Shown: positions 27,218 through 36,891 of the stretch, piece after piece
Position numbering within the stretch: position 1 is the first letter of the stretch
Layout: each line of letters begins with the position of its first letter
Assembly (NCBI GenBank): GCA_964640465.1
Contig: CAZXHR010000002.1
Span: 1-61,671, forward strand
From: an uncultured Opitutaceae bacterium
Lineage (GTDB): Bacteria; Verrucomicrobiota; Verrucomicrobiia; Opitutales; Opitutaceae
Direction: 5' to 3'
DNA: 61,671 nucleotides
Notes under the pieces: generated by a model
Seen by the model: only the letters and a program-made list of their open reading frames with translations
What the model was told of the DNA's origin: nothing
The model's database searches: none
Position numbers and translations under genes: made by a program

Positions 27218-27445
27218 GTGCGATCCAAGGACGCCACTGCCCAACAACTGAAGCTCTTCGGGGCCAATCTCCGCCGTGAGCGGCTGGCCCGGGGCTTCAC
27301 GCAGGAACGGCTGGCGGAGTTGGCGGACCTGAACCCGCGCACGCTTCAGAAGATCGAGGCCGGCCAAACGAACATCCTCGTGACGACTGCCCAACGCCTC
27401 CGCTCCGCTGTGGGCTGCGCGTGGGGCGCCCTGCTTGGCGAATAG
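27218..27445 (+). CDS. XRE-family (Cro/CI-type) HTH transcriptional regulator
   Basis: 75 aa with a GTG start. LRRERLARGFTQERLAELADLNPRTLQKIEAG is the canonical HTH_3 pattern. Confidence 0.8.
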   Translation: MRSKDATAQQLKLFGANLRRERLARGFTQERLAELADLNPRTLQKIEAGQTNILVTTAQRLRSAVGCAWGALLGE

Positions 27446-27689
27446 GCGCACGCCCAAGGCTTCCGTGGGCCCGCGAGGCCAAGTCCTGCGGTTGGCGCTT
27501 GTCGGTGGCGTGGCGGCCGGATTCTCGGCTCGCGTGAGAGTGACTTACGAAAGTCCGAACTCGTTAGGGTATTGCGTCTATCAACCGAACAAGCGCGCAA
27601 GTCTCGGAAGAACCGGGCAGGCTCTTCGCAGCCAAGCGGCGCCCGAACTGCCCTTTTCGCGGTAGGAGGCCTACACCGATCCCGGGAGG

Positions 27690-28049
27690 GTGGCGCCGTT
27701 GTCCACAGCCCCGGCTGGCGGGATGGTAGTCGCCATGCCGCCATCACCCGCACCGCTTGCCGGACCCATCGCCGAGCCCGCCGGCTTGACCTGCCGGCGC
27801 TTCAGCAAGGCCAAGCCCATCGCCGCCCGGCTGGGCATCTGCTCGCGCACGCTCTTCCGTTGGGCGGATGCCGGGTTGATCGCCCGCCACAAGATCAACG
27901 CCCGCGTCGTCCTCTTCGATGAAACGGAGGTGGCGGCTTTCGTCGTGGCCGCACGGGTGGAGGCGGTGCGACCGGACAGCATGGCCGGCGAAGGTCGGAC
28001 AGCGTTCGAAAAACCGGACAGTAACCGGACAGACAAATCCCGTTTGTAA
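27690..28049 (+). CDS. excisionase/AlpA-type HTH DNA-binding protein
   Basis: KPIAARLGICSRTLFRWADAGLIARHKINARVVLFDETEV. Paralogous in pattern to 21545-21754. The true start may be the internal ATG near 27735. Confidence 0.65.
   Translation: MAPLSTAPAGGMVVAMPPSPAPLAGPIAEPAGLTCRRFSKAKPIAARLGICSRTLFRWADAGLIARHKINARVVLFDETEVAAFVVAARVEAVRPDSMAGEGRTAFEKPDSNRTDKSRL
28009..28037 (+). repeat. 29-bp arm-type repeat (right copy)
   Basis: Identical to 19952-19980. Additional (C/T)CGGACAG units lie at 27972 and 27995. Confidence 0.8.
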
Positions 28050-28062
28050 CGGAATCCGGATA

Positions 28063-28095
28063 GCAAAAACCTCTGAACCCTTTCGGATTCAGAGG
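28063..28095 (-). terminator. rho-independent terminator of tRNA-Asn (supplied by the element)
   Basis: Minus strand reads CCTCTGAAT-loop-TTCAGAGG followed by TTTTTGC, just 3' of the tRNA CCA end. Confidence 0.65.
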
Positions 28096-28103
28096 CTTGA
28101 AAT

Positions 28104-28178
<75 letters not shown>

Positions 28179-28635
28179 GTGGAAAGAAGGTCCGCTAGAA
28201 CAGGGTTGCGCGGGCGGTTGTCAACACTCCGATTTGCGTCTCGGCGAAAAAAATCATGCGGCCGGGCACCGCGTTGTTTGTCGAGGGAAAGGTGAGCGAC
28301 AAGGCGGATTTGCTGGCGTGCAGGATTGTGTTCGCCGGGAGACATGGCCGCTCCCGCCCGAGTGGCAAGAACCCCTGGATACTGAACCGCGTGGCGGATG
28401 GACCAACTGTAGTGTCGGGCACGGCCAAGCGGCTTGACAGAAGATGCATCGGACGAACGTAAGAGTCACCAAGACGGCTCCCGGGGCGGGCAAATGGGTT
28501 GACGCCGCTGTGCGGCGCCGAGAAATCGCATGTGCGCGGCGAGCCTGTGTGCGACCGGCCGGGACTTGTGCCCGACGGCGCGCGGCATATGGCAGCCGGG
28601 CATCCCCCCATCCTCGAAGCCAACTCCTCCTCCTC

Positions 28636-29682
28636 GTGAAAAAACAAGGCGTGTTCATCGGCACCGACAGCGGCGCCACCACATCCAAGACCTGCGGCGT
28701 GTGGGCCAACGGCACTGCGATCTCGCAGAAGCTCCGCCAGAGCTCCACCAATTCGCAGCTCGGCACCCAGGCGGTGATCGCCGGCTGGGTCGAAGGCGTG
28801 GCTGGGTTCCTCGCCGAGAACGGCCTGCTGTGGTCGGATGTGCGCGGCGTGGGGCTGGCGCTTCCCGGGCCGTACCAGCGCTATGGCGTGCTCGATCGCT
28901 CGGCCAACCTGCCGGCGAGCTTTGTCGGCTGGGATTTCTATACGGACTACTCGAAGGCGCTTGCTGCCGCGGCCGGCCGGCCGGTGCCGCTGGTCGTGGG
29001 CAATGACGGCAACCTCGGCGGCGTGGGCGAGGCGCAGCGTGTGCGCGGCGACGACAAGGCCTCCGTGCTGATGCTGGCCCCGGGCTCCGGCTTGGGCGCG
29101 GCGTACGTGGGGCCCGATGGCATGCCGCTCGATGGCGACACGCTCGCCGGCATGGAGGCGGGACACATGCCCGCGCCGCTGCACCTGCTCGGCGGCGTGC
29201 GCCCGTATCCGTGCGGTTGTGGCCGCACTTGGGGATGCGTGGAGGCGTACACGACCATTTCCGGCCTGCCGCACCTGCTGGAGGACATGCTCAAGAAGTA
29301 CCCGCAGCACGAGCTGGCCACCTCGACGGCTCCGACGAAGGAGAAGGTGCTTTCGCTGCGCGGCCGCGCCCAGAAGGGCGATGCGCTCGCGCTGGAGATT
29401 TTCGACTTCCAGGCCAAGGCGATGGGACTTCATGTGGCCAACCTCACGCTGGCGCTGGACACGAAGTATGTCGTGATCGGCGGCGGTTTGATGGATCCGG
29501 AGTCGACGACTCCCGAGTTCCGCGAACGCTACCTGCGGATCGTGCGCGAGACGGCGATGCCGTACCTGTTCCCGGCGCAGCGGGCGACGATGAAGATCGT
29601 GCCGGCCACGTTGGGCGAACTGTCCCAGGCTATCGGTGCGGCGCTCGTGGCTCTCTACACCGCGAAGGCGGAAGGCCGCTGA
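28636..29682 (+). CDS. ROK-family sugar kinase
   Basis: GTG start at 28636 (VKKQGVFIGTDSGATTSK, an ATP-binding DxGxT-type motif) and the zinc motif CGCGRTWGCVE. The ORF-track upstream extension looks non-coding. Confidence 0.75.
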   Translation: MKKQGVFIGTDSGATTSKTCGVWANGTAISQKLRQSSTNSQLGTQAVIAGWVEGVAGFLAENGLLWSDVRGVGLALPGPYQRYGVLDRSANLPASFVGWDFYTDYSKALAAAAGRPVPLVVGNDGNLGGVGEAQRVRGDDKASVLMLAPGSGLGAAYVGPDGMPLDGDTLAGMEAGHMPAPLHLLGGVRPYPCGCGRTWGCVEAYTTISGLPHLLEDMLKKYPQHELATSTAPTKEKVLSLRGRAQKGDALALEIFDFQAKAMGLHVANLTLALDTKYVVIGGGLMDPESTTPEFRERYLRIVRETAMPYLFPAQRATMKIVPATLGELSQAIGAALVALYTAKAEGR

Positions 29683-29811
29683 GTCCAGACGTGCGGTTTC
29701 CCACAGGGCTCGCGGCATGCGCCGCGGGCCGAACCTGCGTTCCCTGCGCTCGGGAGCGGGCTTGCCGCGTGGAGCCTATTGGGACTGTATCGAGACCGCA
29801 CCTTTTCTCCG

Positions 29812-30462
29812 ATGTCGATCAAGCTGGCCATAGTGGAGGATCAGGAACTGTTCCGGCGCCTGCTGGCGGGGTTATGCTCGACGCAGTTCGGGTTCGATGT
29901 GGTTTGCGAGGCTGGCACGGTGGCCGAGGCACTGGAACGCATCCCGAAGGCGAGGCCCGATGTGGTGTTGCTGGATTTGCAGCTACCCGATGGCGACGGC
30001 TTGGATGTGGCGGCGAAGCTGTTCGGGATCATGCCCCGCCTACGCGTGTTGGTGCTGACCTCGCTGCACGATGAGGTGACGATCCACCGGATGCGCCAGC
30101 TGGGAGTCCAGGGATTCATCGACAAGAACATCCAGCAGCCGGAGACGCTGCGCGCAACGATCGAGACTGTTGCTCACGGACGGGTCTACTTCTCCGAGGT
30201 GGTGCAACAGGTCAACCAGACGATACGCGACGATCCTCGGTCCTTCACCAAGGTGCTCAGCGAGCGCGAGCAGGAGCTGTTGCAGATGCTCGGGCGCGGG
30301 CTGACCAACGAAGAGGCGGCGGCGCAGATGGGGCTGACGGCGTGGACGGTGCATTCGCACCGACGCAACATCATGAAGAAGCTCGGTGTGGCGACGCAGG
30401 CGGATCTGATGCGCTACGCGTTACGAAAGGGATTTGTCCGGCCGGAGAATATGCAGCCCTGA
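29812..30462 (+). CDS. NarL/LuxR-family response regulator
   Basis: Receiver domain (VLLDLQLPDGDG) plus a C-terminal LuxR-type HTH (LSEREQELLQMLGRGLTNEEAAAQMGLTAWTVHSHRRNIMKKLG). Confidence 0.85.
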   Translation: MSIKLAIVEDQELFRRLLAGLCSTQFGFDVVCEAGTVAEALERIPKARPDVVLLDLQLPDGDGLDVAAKLFGIMPRLRVLVLTSLHDEVTIHRMRQLGVQGFIDKNIQQPETLRATIETVAHGRVYFSEVVQQVNQTIRDDPRSFTKVLSEREQELLQMLGRGLTNEEAAAQMGLTAWTVHSHRRNIMKKLGVATQADLMRYALRKGFVRPENMQP

Positions 30463-30493
30463 GCCTGCGTTCGGGGGACGGAACGGACTCGCT

Positions 30494-30943
30494 TCACACG
30501 CAGGGGCGGCCGACCGGGCGGCCTTCGTCGGCCTCGATCAGATCGAAGAAGGTTTCGACTCCGCGGCCGGCCAGACCGTATTCCGCGACACGAAGCTTGA
30601 GGCGGTCGGAGACCTCGTCGCGCAACCCGAGTTTCGCCATGTAGGCGTTCCAGATGGTGCAGTCCTCGTCGGTGTGCGGGAGGCCGTGAGCGTGGGCCCA
30701 AGCGAGGATTTCCTCGTCGGTGCCGCCCTGCACGGTGCGGGTGACCAGATCGATGTGGTGGATGCCGAGGAAGCGGCAGCAGCGGGCGTCGAAGACGCGG
30801 GGATTGGCCTCGCCGAGGTTGGCGACGTATTCGGGCGGGAGACGGTCGGCGGCATGGAGCCGGATCTTGTCGACCATGCGCCCGAAGTAGACGAGGCGGC
30901 CGACTTTATCGTAAGGGGAACGGAGTCCTGGAATGTTGGGCAT
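30494..30943 (-). CDS. DUF5069-like protein
   Basis: 149 aa from the ATG at 30943. The N-terminus is GLRSPYDKVGRLVYFGRMVDKIRLH. Assigned to the family from memory. Confidence 0.5.
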   Translation of the reverse strand: MPNIPGLRSPYDKVGRLVYFGRMVDKIRLHAADRLPPEYVANLGEANPRVFDARCCRFLGIHHIDLVTRTVQGGTDEEILAWAHAHGLPHTDEDCTIWNAYMAKLGLRDEVSDRLKLRVAEYGLAGRGVETFFDLIEADEGRPVGRPCV

Positions 30944-30999
30944 GGCGATGACACCAACGGCACAATCACGCGTCGGTCGGATGTCGTGTGTTGCCAGCT

Positions 31000-33219
31000 T
31001 CAGCGCCGCGGGGCGAAGGCGTTGTGCTGGTTGGCGGCGACGGGGGTGCCGGTCTGCGCCCAGAGCTGCTGGCGCGGCCAGAGGTCGATGGCATCGGAGA
31101 GAATGCGGAGGCTCTCGCGGAGATGGATGTCGATGCGTGTCTTCGGGTCGGTGTCGTAATCGTCCGCCTCGTCGTCGGATTTTGTGGGCGGGGTGACGGG
31201 CTCGGGATCGGGGGCGACGTTGTCGAGCTTCACCTCGGTGCTGGGGAAGTTGAGCTTGGCGAGCTCGAGACGCTGTTTTTTGGCGGCATCGCGGAAGGCG
31301 TCGTCGTCCTTCTTCTGGGTGCGGCGGGTCTCGAGGTTGAGGGAGACGGTTTTGCGTTCCTCGTACTGCTTGAAGCGCTCGATGTTGTGGCGGAGGTAGG
31401 AGAATTCCTCGAGGGTGGTCTGGCGGGACTGGCTGCGCTGGCGGAGGATGTCGAGAAAGCGGGCATCGAGGGAGGCCCCCTCGAAACGGGTGGTGCGGAT
31501 GGTGTCCCAAGCGAGGGCGTGGGGAAGATCGGATTCGCCGATGGGGAGGAACTCCTCGATGGAGGGGAGGGCGATGTCGGAGACGACGCCGCGGTTCTGG
31601 GTGGAGGCGCCGTTGGGGAGGTAGAACTTCTGTATCGTGATCTTCGTGGCTCCGGAGCGGGGTGGATTCTGGATGAATCGGGAGAAGCGGGATTCCTCTA
31701 GGATGGGCAGGACGGTCTGGACGGTGCCTTTGCCGTGGGTGGAGTTGTCGCCGATGACGATGGCTCGGCCGTAGTTTTGGAGGGCTCCGGCGACGATCTC
31801 TGAGGCGGAGGCGCTGTAGCGGGAGGTGAGGACGGCGAGGGGACCGTCCCAGACGGTGCGGGGGTTTTCGTCGGCGCGGACTTCGATGCGGCCGATGGAG
31901 TCCTTTACCTGGACGACGGGGCCTTTGGCGATGAAGAGGCCGGTGAGATCGACGGCTTCGGAGAGGAGACCGCCGCCGTTGCGGCGCAGGTCGAGGACGA
32001 TGCCTTTGGCGCCGGCGGCGATGAGCTTGCGGAGGAGTTGCTCGACGTCGTTGGTGGCACTGACTGCGGGATCGCCGCTTTCGTCCTCGTTGGCGCCGTA
32101 GAAGGCCGGAAGCTCGATGACGCCGACGGGGATGGTGCCGTGGCCGTCGGTGGCGGGGACTTGTTCGAGGGTGGCGCGGGCGCGTTTGTCGTTGAGTTTG
32201 ACCTCGTCGCGCACGAGCGAGATCTCGCGGCGGACGGAGGTGTCGGTGGCGTCGCCGGGCTGGATGAGGAGGCGGACGGTGGTGCCTTTGTCGCCGCGGA
32301 TGAGCTGGACGACTTTGCGGAGCTTCATGCCGACGACATCGACGAACTCGGCGGGGCCTTGGGCGACGCCCATGATCTTGTCGTTGGGGTGGAGCTGCTT
32401 TGAGAGGTCGGCCGGGCCGCCGGGGATGAGTTCGCGGATGGTGCAGATGCCGTCCTCATCGGCGAGCTGGGCGCCGATGCCGATGAGCTTGAGGCGCATC
32501 TGCATATTGAAGTCGTCGAGGGTGGAGGGGGACATGTACGAGGTGTGGGGGTCGTACATGGCGGCGAGGGAGGTGAGGTAGATCTCTTGAATCTCCTCGC
32601 TATCGATCTCGTCGAGGCTGTGAAGGAGGCGTTCGTAGCGTTTGCGGACCTTGTCCTTGGCGGCGTCGAGGGCTTTGACCGCATCGCCGGTCTTGTCGTT
32701 GAGGATGTCCTGCAGGAGCTCGAACTTCAGGCGCTGGCGCCAGAGGTTGTTGGCTTGGTCGAGGGTGGAGGGCCAGGGGGCCTTGGAGCGGTCCCAGTGG
32801 AATTCCTCGGCGATGGTGAAATCGATGTCTTTGGCCAGTTCGAGGCCGATCCAAGCGACGCGGGCTTCGACGCGCTCGCGGTAGATGCGGAAGGCTTCGT
32901 AGGCGGCGTCGATGTTGCCGAGGTAGCGGAGGTCCTTGGCGAGGCGTTCGCCGTAGCGGGCCGTGAGTTGATCCTGGTCGGAGGCCAGGAAGAACATGTG
33001 GTAGGCGTCGAGCTCACCCATGAAATCGGGGATGAGCTGGCGAAAGTCGTCGTTGGTGAGTTCGCGGCCTTGAAAATGGAAACTTTCCAGGAAGCGCACC
33101 ATGCGGGTCGTTTCCTGCACCATCACCGGGGTGGTGACGAACGGGGTTACCTGCGGCTGGACAGCCCAGCAGGTGGCGGCGAGTGCGAGGAGAAACGCGG
33201 AGAAAAGGCGGCGGCTCAC
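31000..33219 (-). CDS. prc: carboxy-terminal processing (tail-specific) protease, peptidase S41
   Basis: 739 aa with a signal peptide, a PDZ-like region and an S41 core (SASASEI...). Length is typical of Prc. Confidence 0.8.
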   Translation of the reverse strand: MSRRLFSAFLLALAATCWAVQPQVTPFVTTPVMVQETTRMVRFLESFHFQGRELTNDDFRQLIPDFMGELDAYHMFFLASDQDQLTARYGERLAKDLRYLGNIDAAYEAFRIYRERVEARVAWIGLELAKDIDFTIAEEFHWDRSKAPWPSTLDQANNLWRQRLKFELLQDILNDKTGDAVKALDAAKDKVRKRYERLLHSLDEIDSEEIQEIYLTSLAAMYDPHTSYMSPSTLDDFNMQMRLKLIGIGAQLADEDGICTIRELIPGGPADLSKQLHPNDKIMGVAQGPAEFVDVVGMKLRKVVQLIRGDKGTTVRLLIQPGDATDTSVRREISLVRDEVKLNDKRARATLEQVPATDGHGTIPVGVIELPAFYGANEDESGDPAVSATNDVEQLLRKLIAAGAKGIVLDLRRNGGGLLSEAVDLTGLFIAKGPVVQVKDSIGRIEVRADENPRTVWDGPLAVLTSRYSASASEIVAGALQNYGRAIVIGDNSTHGKGTVQTVLPILEESRFSRFIQNPPRSGATKITIQKFYLPNGASTQNRGVVSDIALPSIEEFLPIGESDLPHALAWDTIRTTRFEGASLDARFLDILRQRSQSRQTTLEEFSYLRHNIERFKQYEERKTVSLNLETRRTQKKDDDAFRDAAKKQRLELAKLNFPSTEVKLDNVAPDPEPVTPPTKSDDEADDYDTDPKTRIDIHLRESLRILSDAIDLWPRQQLWAQTGTPVAANQHNAFAPRR

Positions 33220-33426
33220 GTGGCGTGGAGATTGATTGGGAGAAGGAAACGCCGCAGCGGGGAAGGTTCCCGTTGCTGTGGCGCCGGCGAGTGTTGCAGG
33301 ACAGGGTATCGGTGCAAGCTCGGGGCAGCTGAAGGAAGAGCGTGCCCGCTGATCGTAACCGGCGCGGGTTTGCGACTGTGGGGCGCCCGAGCGGAAGATG
33401 CGCCCCTGCTGGTCGCCGGCAGCGCG

Positions 33427-34326
33427 CTAATGTTTGGTCATCAGGTTCCGCGCCTCGTCGAGGGTGCGTTTCTCCTCGGCGGTGAGGGAGCCGAATCCGC
33501 TGGTGTTGATCTTGTCGAGGATGCGGTCGACTTCGGCCATGAGATCTTCGCGCGCAGTCAGGTTGACCTTGAAGGAAGAGGAGGTGGCCCCGGCGCTCTT
33601 CTTTTTCATCCACGAGGGCAGTTCGATGGTGCGGTGTGGGCGTTCATCCTCGTCTTCCTCGCCGGGTTCAGGGGCGTTGCGGATCGCCCGGTAGGCGATG
33701 ATGCCGGCGACCATGCCAGCGATGTGGGCGGAATGGGCGAACCCGCTCGGGGCTCCCACGGGGAAGAGTTCGGCGAAGAGGAAGAAGAGCGCTTCGATGC
33801 CGCCGATCACCATCAGGAAGTAGCGGGGGACAATCGTGAGCGGGATCACGAAGAAGAGCAGGATCGTCATCCGCTCGTAGGCGAAACGGCAGCAGAACAA
33901 CGCGAGCAGACCGTACGCGCCGGCGGATGCGCCGAGGAGCGGGGGCGGGTAGGGTCGGAAGAAATTCACGGCGAGCCAGAGCAGGCCGCCGGCGAACACC
34001 GCACAGAAGTACGTCCACAGGAACCTCCGCGTGCCGACAACTGGCAGGAGGATTCGCCCGACGAAGAGGATGGCTAGGACGTTGCCGATCAGGTGCAACA
34101 GGTTGTCCCGATCATGGAGCAGGCTGTATGTGAACAGGGTCCAGATACGCCCGCTGGCGATGTTTGCCGGAGAGAGCGCCAGCCACCGTGAGGTGGTGCC
34201 CGGCACGATCGCGTCGATCGAACACTGCACGATGAATCCGGCGACGATCGCTCCCAGCAGCCAGAGCAGGGGGGCAAGCCCCTTTGCGGGATCGTTGGCG
34301 CGCATGTAGTAGCGGTCGGAGATCAT
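33427..34326 (-). CDS. rhomboid-family intramembrane serine protease
   Basis: Polytopic, with the GxSxG-type motif GASAGAYGL and the HIAGMVAG histidine helix, followed by a C-terminal soluble tail. Confidence 0.75.
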   Translation of the reverse strand: MISDRYYMRANDPAKGLAPLLWLLGAIVAGFIVQCSIDAIVPGTTSRWLALSPANIASGRIWTLFTYSLLHDRDNLLHLIGNVLAILFVGRILLPVVGTRRFLWTYFCAVFAGGLLWLAVNFFRPYPPPLLGASAGAYGLLALFCCRFAYERMTILLFFVIPLTIVPRYFLMVIGGIEALFFLFAELFPVGAPSGFAHSAHIAGMVAGIIAYRAIRNAPEPGEEDEDERPHRTIELPSWMKKKSAGATSSSFKVNLTAREDLMAEVDRILDKINTSGFGSLTAEEKRTLDEARNLMTKH

Positions 34327-34708
34327 CGGGAACGGCGGTGGAAATCGGAGAATTCAGTCGAAAACAAAGCCCTCCGTGATGTTTTGCAACGGCCAAGGCG
34401 CGAGAGAGGCCGCAGCATGGAGTTTTTTATGCCAGCGGGGGAGGGGGTGTGCGTGCGGCCGGGCCGGATCGACGGCGCGGTTCGAGGCCTATGTCGTGGG
34501 CGCATGGTCCCGTGGTGCGGGGACTGCGAGTTGCGAGTGCCCGTGGCTGAGTGGACGTTGCTTGGCGCGGCTGTGCGCGAGTCAGACGGCCTTTGCACCT
34601 CGTATGCATTGTCATGGCTAAGCCCGCGGACCAGGGGATTCCCCGGGCGATCCGTGTAGGCTTAGCCTCTTGACTCGGCTCCCCCCGCCGACTTCTTCTT
34701 GCCGCACT

Positions 34709-34945
34709 ATGGCAAACAAAGCTGAGAAGTGGGAGGACAACGTTGCCGGGAAATTCTACGTCGATCAGCAGTGCATCGACTGCGATCTTTGCCGCGAGAC
34801 GGCCCCGAATTTCTTCGGGCGCAACGAGGAGTCGGGTCACACATTCGTGAGCAAGCAGCCGACGACGGAGGAGGAGATCGCCCAGTGCACCGAGGCTCTC
34901 GAGGGGTGTCCTGTCGAGGCCATCGGCAACGACGGCGATTCCTGA
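34709..34945 (+). CDS. small ferredoxin (single Fe-S cluster type)
   Basis: 78 aa from the ATG at 34709, with the pattern CIDCDLCRETAP...C. Confidence 0.7.
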   Translation: MANKAEKWEDNVAGKFYVDQQCIDCDLCRETAPNFFGRNEESGHTFVSKQPTTEEEIAQCTEALEGCPVEAIGNDGDS

Positions 34946-35141
34946 GTGCCCCCCCTGCAGCCATAGATCACTTTCTTGGAGGAGGCGTGTACCGCGCGGT
35001 GCACGCCTCTTTCCGTTTTTTCGGCCATCGGGGTGGTGAGGCTCTCGGCTTCGAACGTGTCGCAGTGAGGGCCCTGCACTTCGGGGTGGGCATCGGCCGC
35101 CGGCTCGCATACCGGTGGGGCCTCTTCATATTTTTCGATCC

Positions 35142-36134
35142 ATGCCGCCGCTGCGTCTTGTCTTCCTCGGTTCCGACCCGATCGCGCTCCCTACGCTTGA
35201 GTATCTCGCGGGCGAAGGCCGCGCGTTGGCGGAGGTTATCGCTGTATTTACGCAGCCGGACCGCCCCCACGGACGGGGGCAGAAGCTCCTGCCCGGGCCG
35301 ATCAAGGAGTGGGCGCTGGCGCGCGGGCTGCCGGTGTTCCAGCCAGAGCGGCTCGGCCCCGAGGATACGGCCCGCGTGCGCGAGTGCGGCGCCGATGCGG
35401 CGCTGGTGATGGCGTTCGGCCAGTTGCTCAAGGACGACTTCCTGGCTGCGCCGCGGTTGGGCGTGTTCAACCTCCACACTTCGCTGCTGCCGAAGTACCG
35501 CGGCGCCTCGCCGGCGACGGTCGCCATCGCCAGCGGCGACAACGAAACCGGCGTCACCTTCATGCGCGTCGTCCGCAAGCTCGACGCCGGAGCGATCGTC
35601 GACCAACAGCGCGTGCCGATCGGGCCGCACGAGACGACTGCCTCGCTGGAGGCCGCGCTCGGCTTGGCCGCTGCACCGCTCACCGCGCGGTGCCTCGCGG
35701 CACTGCGCGAGGGCACGCTCGCCTCGCGCGAGCAAGATGAGATGCAGGTGAGCTACTGCCGCCGCTTGGCAAAGACGGACGGCGTGCTCGATTTCTCCCG
35801 ACCGGCAGTGGAGCTGGCTCGCCGCATCAACGCCCTCATGCCTTGGCCGGGGTGCTCGGTGGAGATCGCCGGCGCGCCGGTGAAACTCGGACTGGCCGAG
35901 GTGGTGGCGCGCGATTGCGGCGCGGGTCCCGGCACGGTGCTCGCGCCGGAGCCGGATGCGTTGTCCGTGGCCACCGGCAGTGGTGTACTGCGGCTCATTC
36001 GCCTCCAGCGGCCCGGCGGGAAGATGCTGCCGGCGGCGGAATTTCTGCGCGGGTTTACGGTGCCGGCCGGCACTGTGCTTGCCTCGCAAGCGATGCCGCC
36101 GCTGGTCGGCCCGGTGCCGTTCCCGCGGAAGTGA
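35142..36134 (+). CDS. fmt: methionyl-tRNA formyltransferase
   Basis: LRLVFLGSDPIALPTLEYL...QPDRPHGRGQK...NLHTSLLPKYRGASP, the canonical Fmt motifs. Confidence 0.9.
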   Translation: MPPLRLVFLGSDPIALPTLEYLAGEGRALAEVIAVFTQPDRPHGRGQKLLPGPIKEWALARGLPVFQPERLGPEDTARVRECGADAALVMAFGQLLKDDFLAAPRLGVFNLHTSLLPKYRGASPATVAIASGDNETGVTFMRVVRKLDAGAIVDQQRVPIGPHETTASLEAALGLAAAPLTARCLAALREGTLASREQDEMQVSYCRRLAKTDGVLDFSRPAVELARRINALMPWPGCSVEIAGAPVKLGLAEVVARDCGAGPGTVLAPEPDALSVATGSGVLRLIRLQRPGGKMLPAAEFLRGFTVPAGTVLASQAMPPLVGPVPFPRK

Positions 36135-36272
36135 TCCGGGCTCGGCCGGTGCGGTGCTTCCGGCGTAGGGATTGTACGGAGATAGATCGGCCGAACGCGA
36201 TTGCGCGGTGAAAACGTTGGGATGCCGGCAACGCGCTTGTTTTTGCGCGGCCGAGTTTGCATGCTGACCGGT

Positions 36273-36890
36273 ATGAAATCGCGGATTGCCCTGTTTGCCG
36301 GACTGTTTGCCGCCTCTTCGCTGCTGGCCCAGCGCGCCGACCCGCGTGCGCTGGAGATGGCCAACCTCCGCGAGGATGTGCGACTGCTCCAGCAGACCGT
36401 GGCGGAGTTGCAGGCTTCCGTGGCCCAACTCCAACGCGACAACGCCGCTCTCTCCAGTCAGGCGGAGTCGGGCAAGGCCGCGTACGTCACGCTCGCGCAG
36501 CTCAACGACGCGCTCGCCCAGTTGCGGCAGGCGACCGAGTCCTCGCTTGCCGAGCAGAAACGCGAGACGCTCCTGCTGGTGGCGCAGCAGATTGGCAAGC
36601 TGGCCAAGGAGACCAACGCCGCTATCGCCGCCCTCGCCAAGGGTCAGGCGACGCGTCCGACCATCACCACCGAGTTTAACGACGATTTTCCGAAGGAGGG
36701 CGTGACTCACACCGTCCAGCAGGGCGAGACGCTCTCCATCATCGCAAAAAAATACGGCATCCCGATGAAGAACATCCAGAATGCCAACCGCATCGCCGAC
36801 CCCACGAAGATCTTTGTCGGCCAGAGCCTTTTCATCCCCGGTGCGACCGGCGCGATTATGCCCGCACCGCAGGTCCGACCCACCAACTGA
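36273..36890 (+). CDS. LysM-domain protein with an N-terminal coiled coil
   Basis: Signal peptide, heptad-rich region, and a C-terminal LysM domain (HTVQQGETLSIIAKKYGIPMKNIQNANRI). Confidence 0.75.
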   Translation: MKSRIALFAGLFAASSLLAQRADPRALEMANLREDVRLLQQTVAELQASVAQLQRDNAALSSQAESGKAAYVTLAQLNDALAQLRQATESSLAEQKRETLLLVAQQIGKLAKETNAAIAALAKGQATRPTITTEFNDDFPKEGVTHTVQQGETLSIIAKKYGIPMKNIQNANRIADPTKIFVGQSLFIPGATGAIMPAPQVRPTN

Positions 36891-36891
36891 C

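Noticed and set aside
28179-28635. Small ORFs (67-68 aa) and a possible ncRNA between tRNA-Asn and the ROK kinase gene.
   Set aside because: They show no conserved motif, signal or structure I can support. The region probably holds only the tRNA and ROK promoters.
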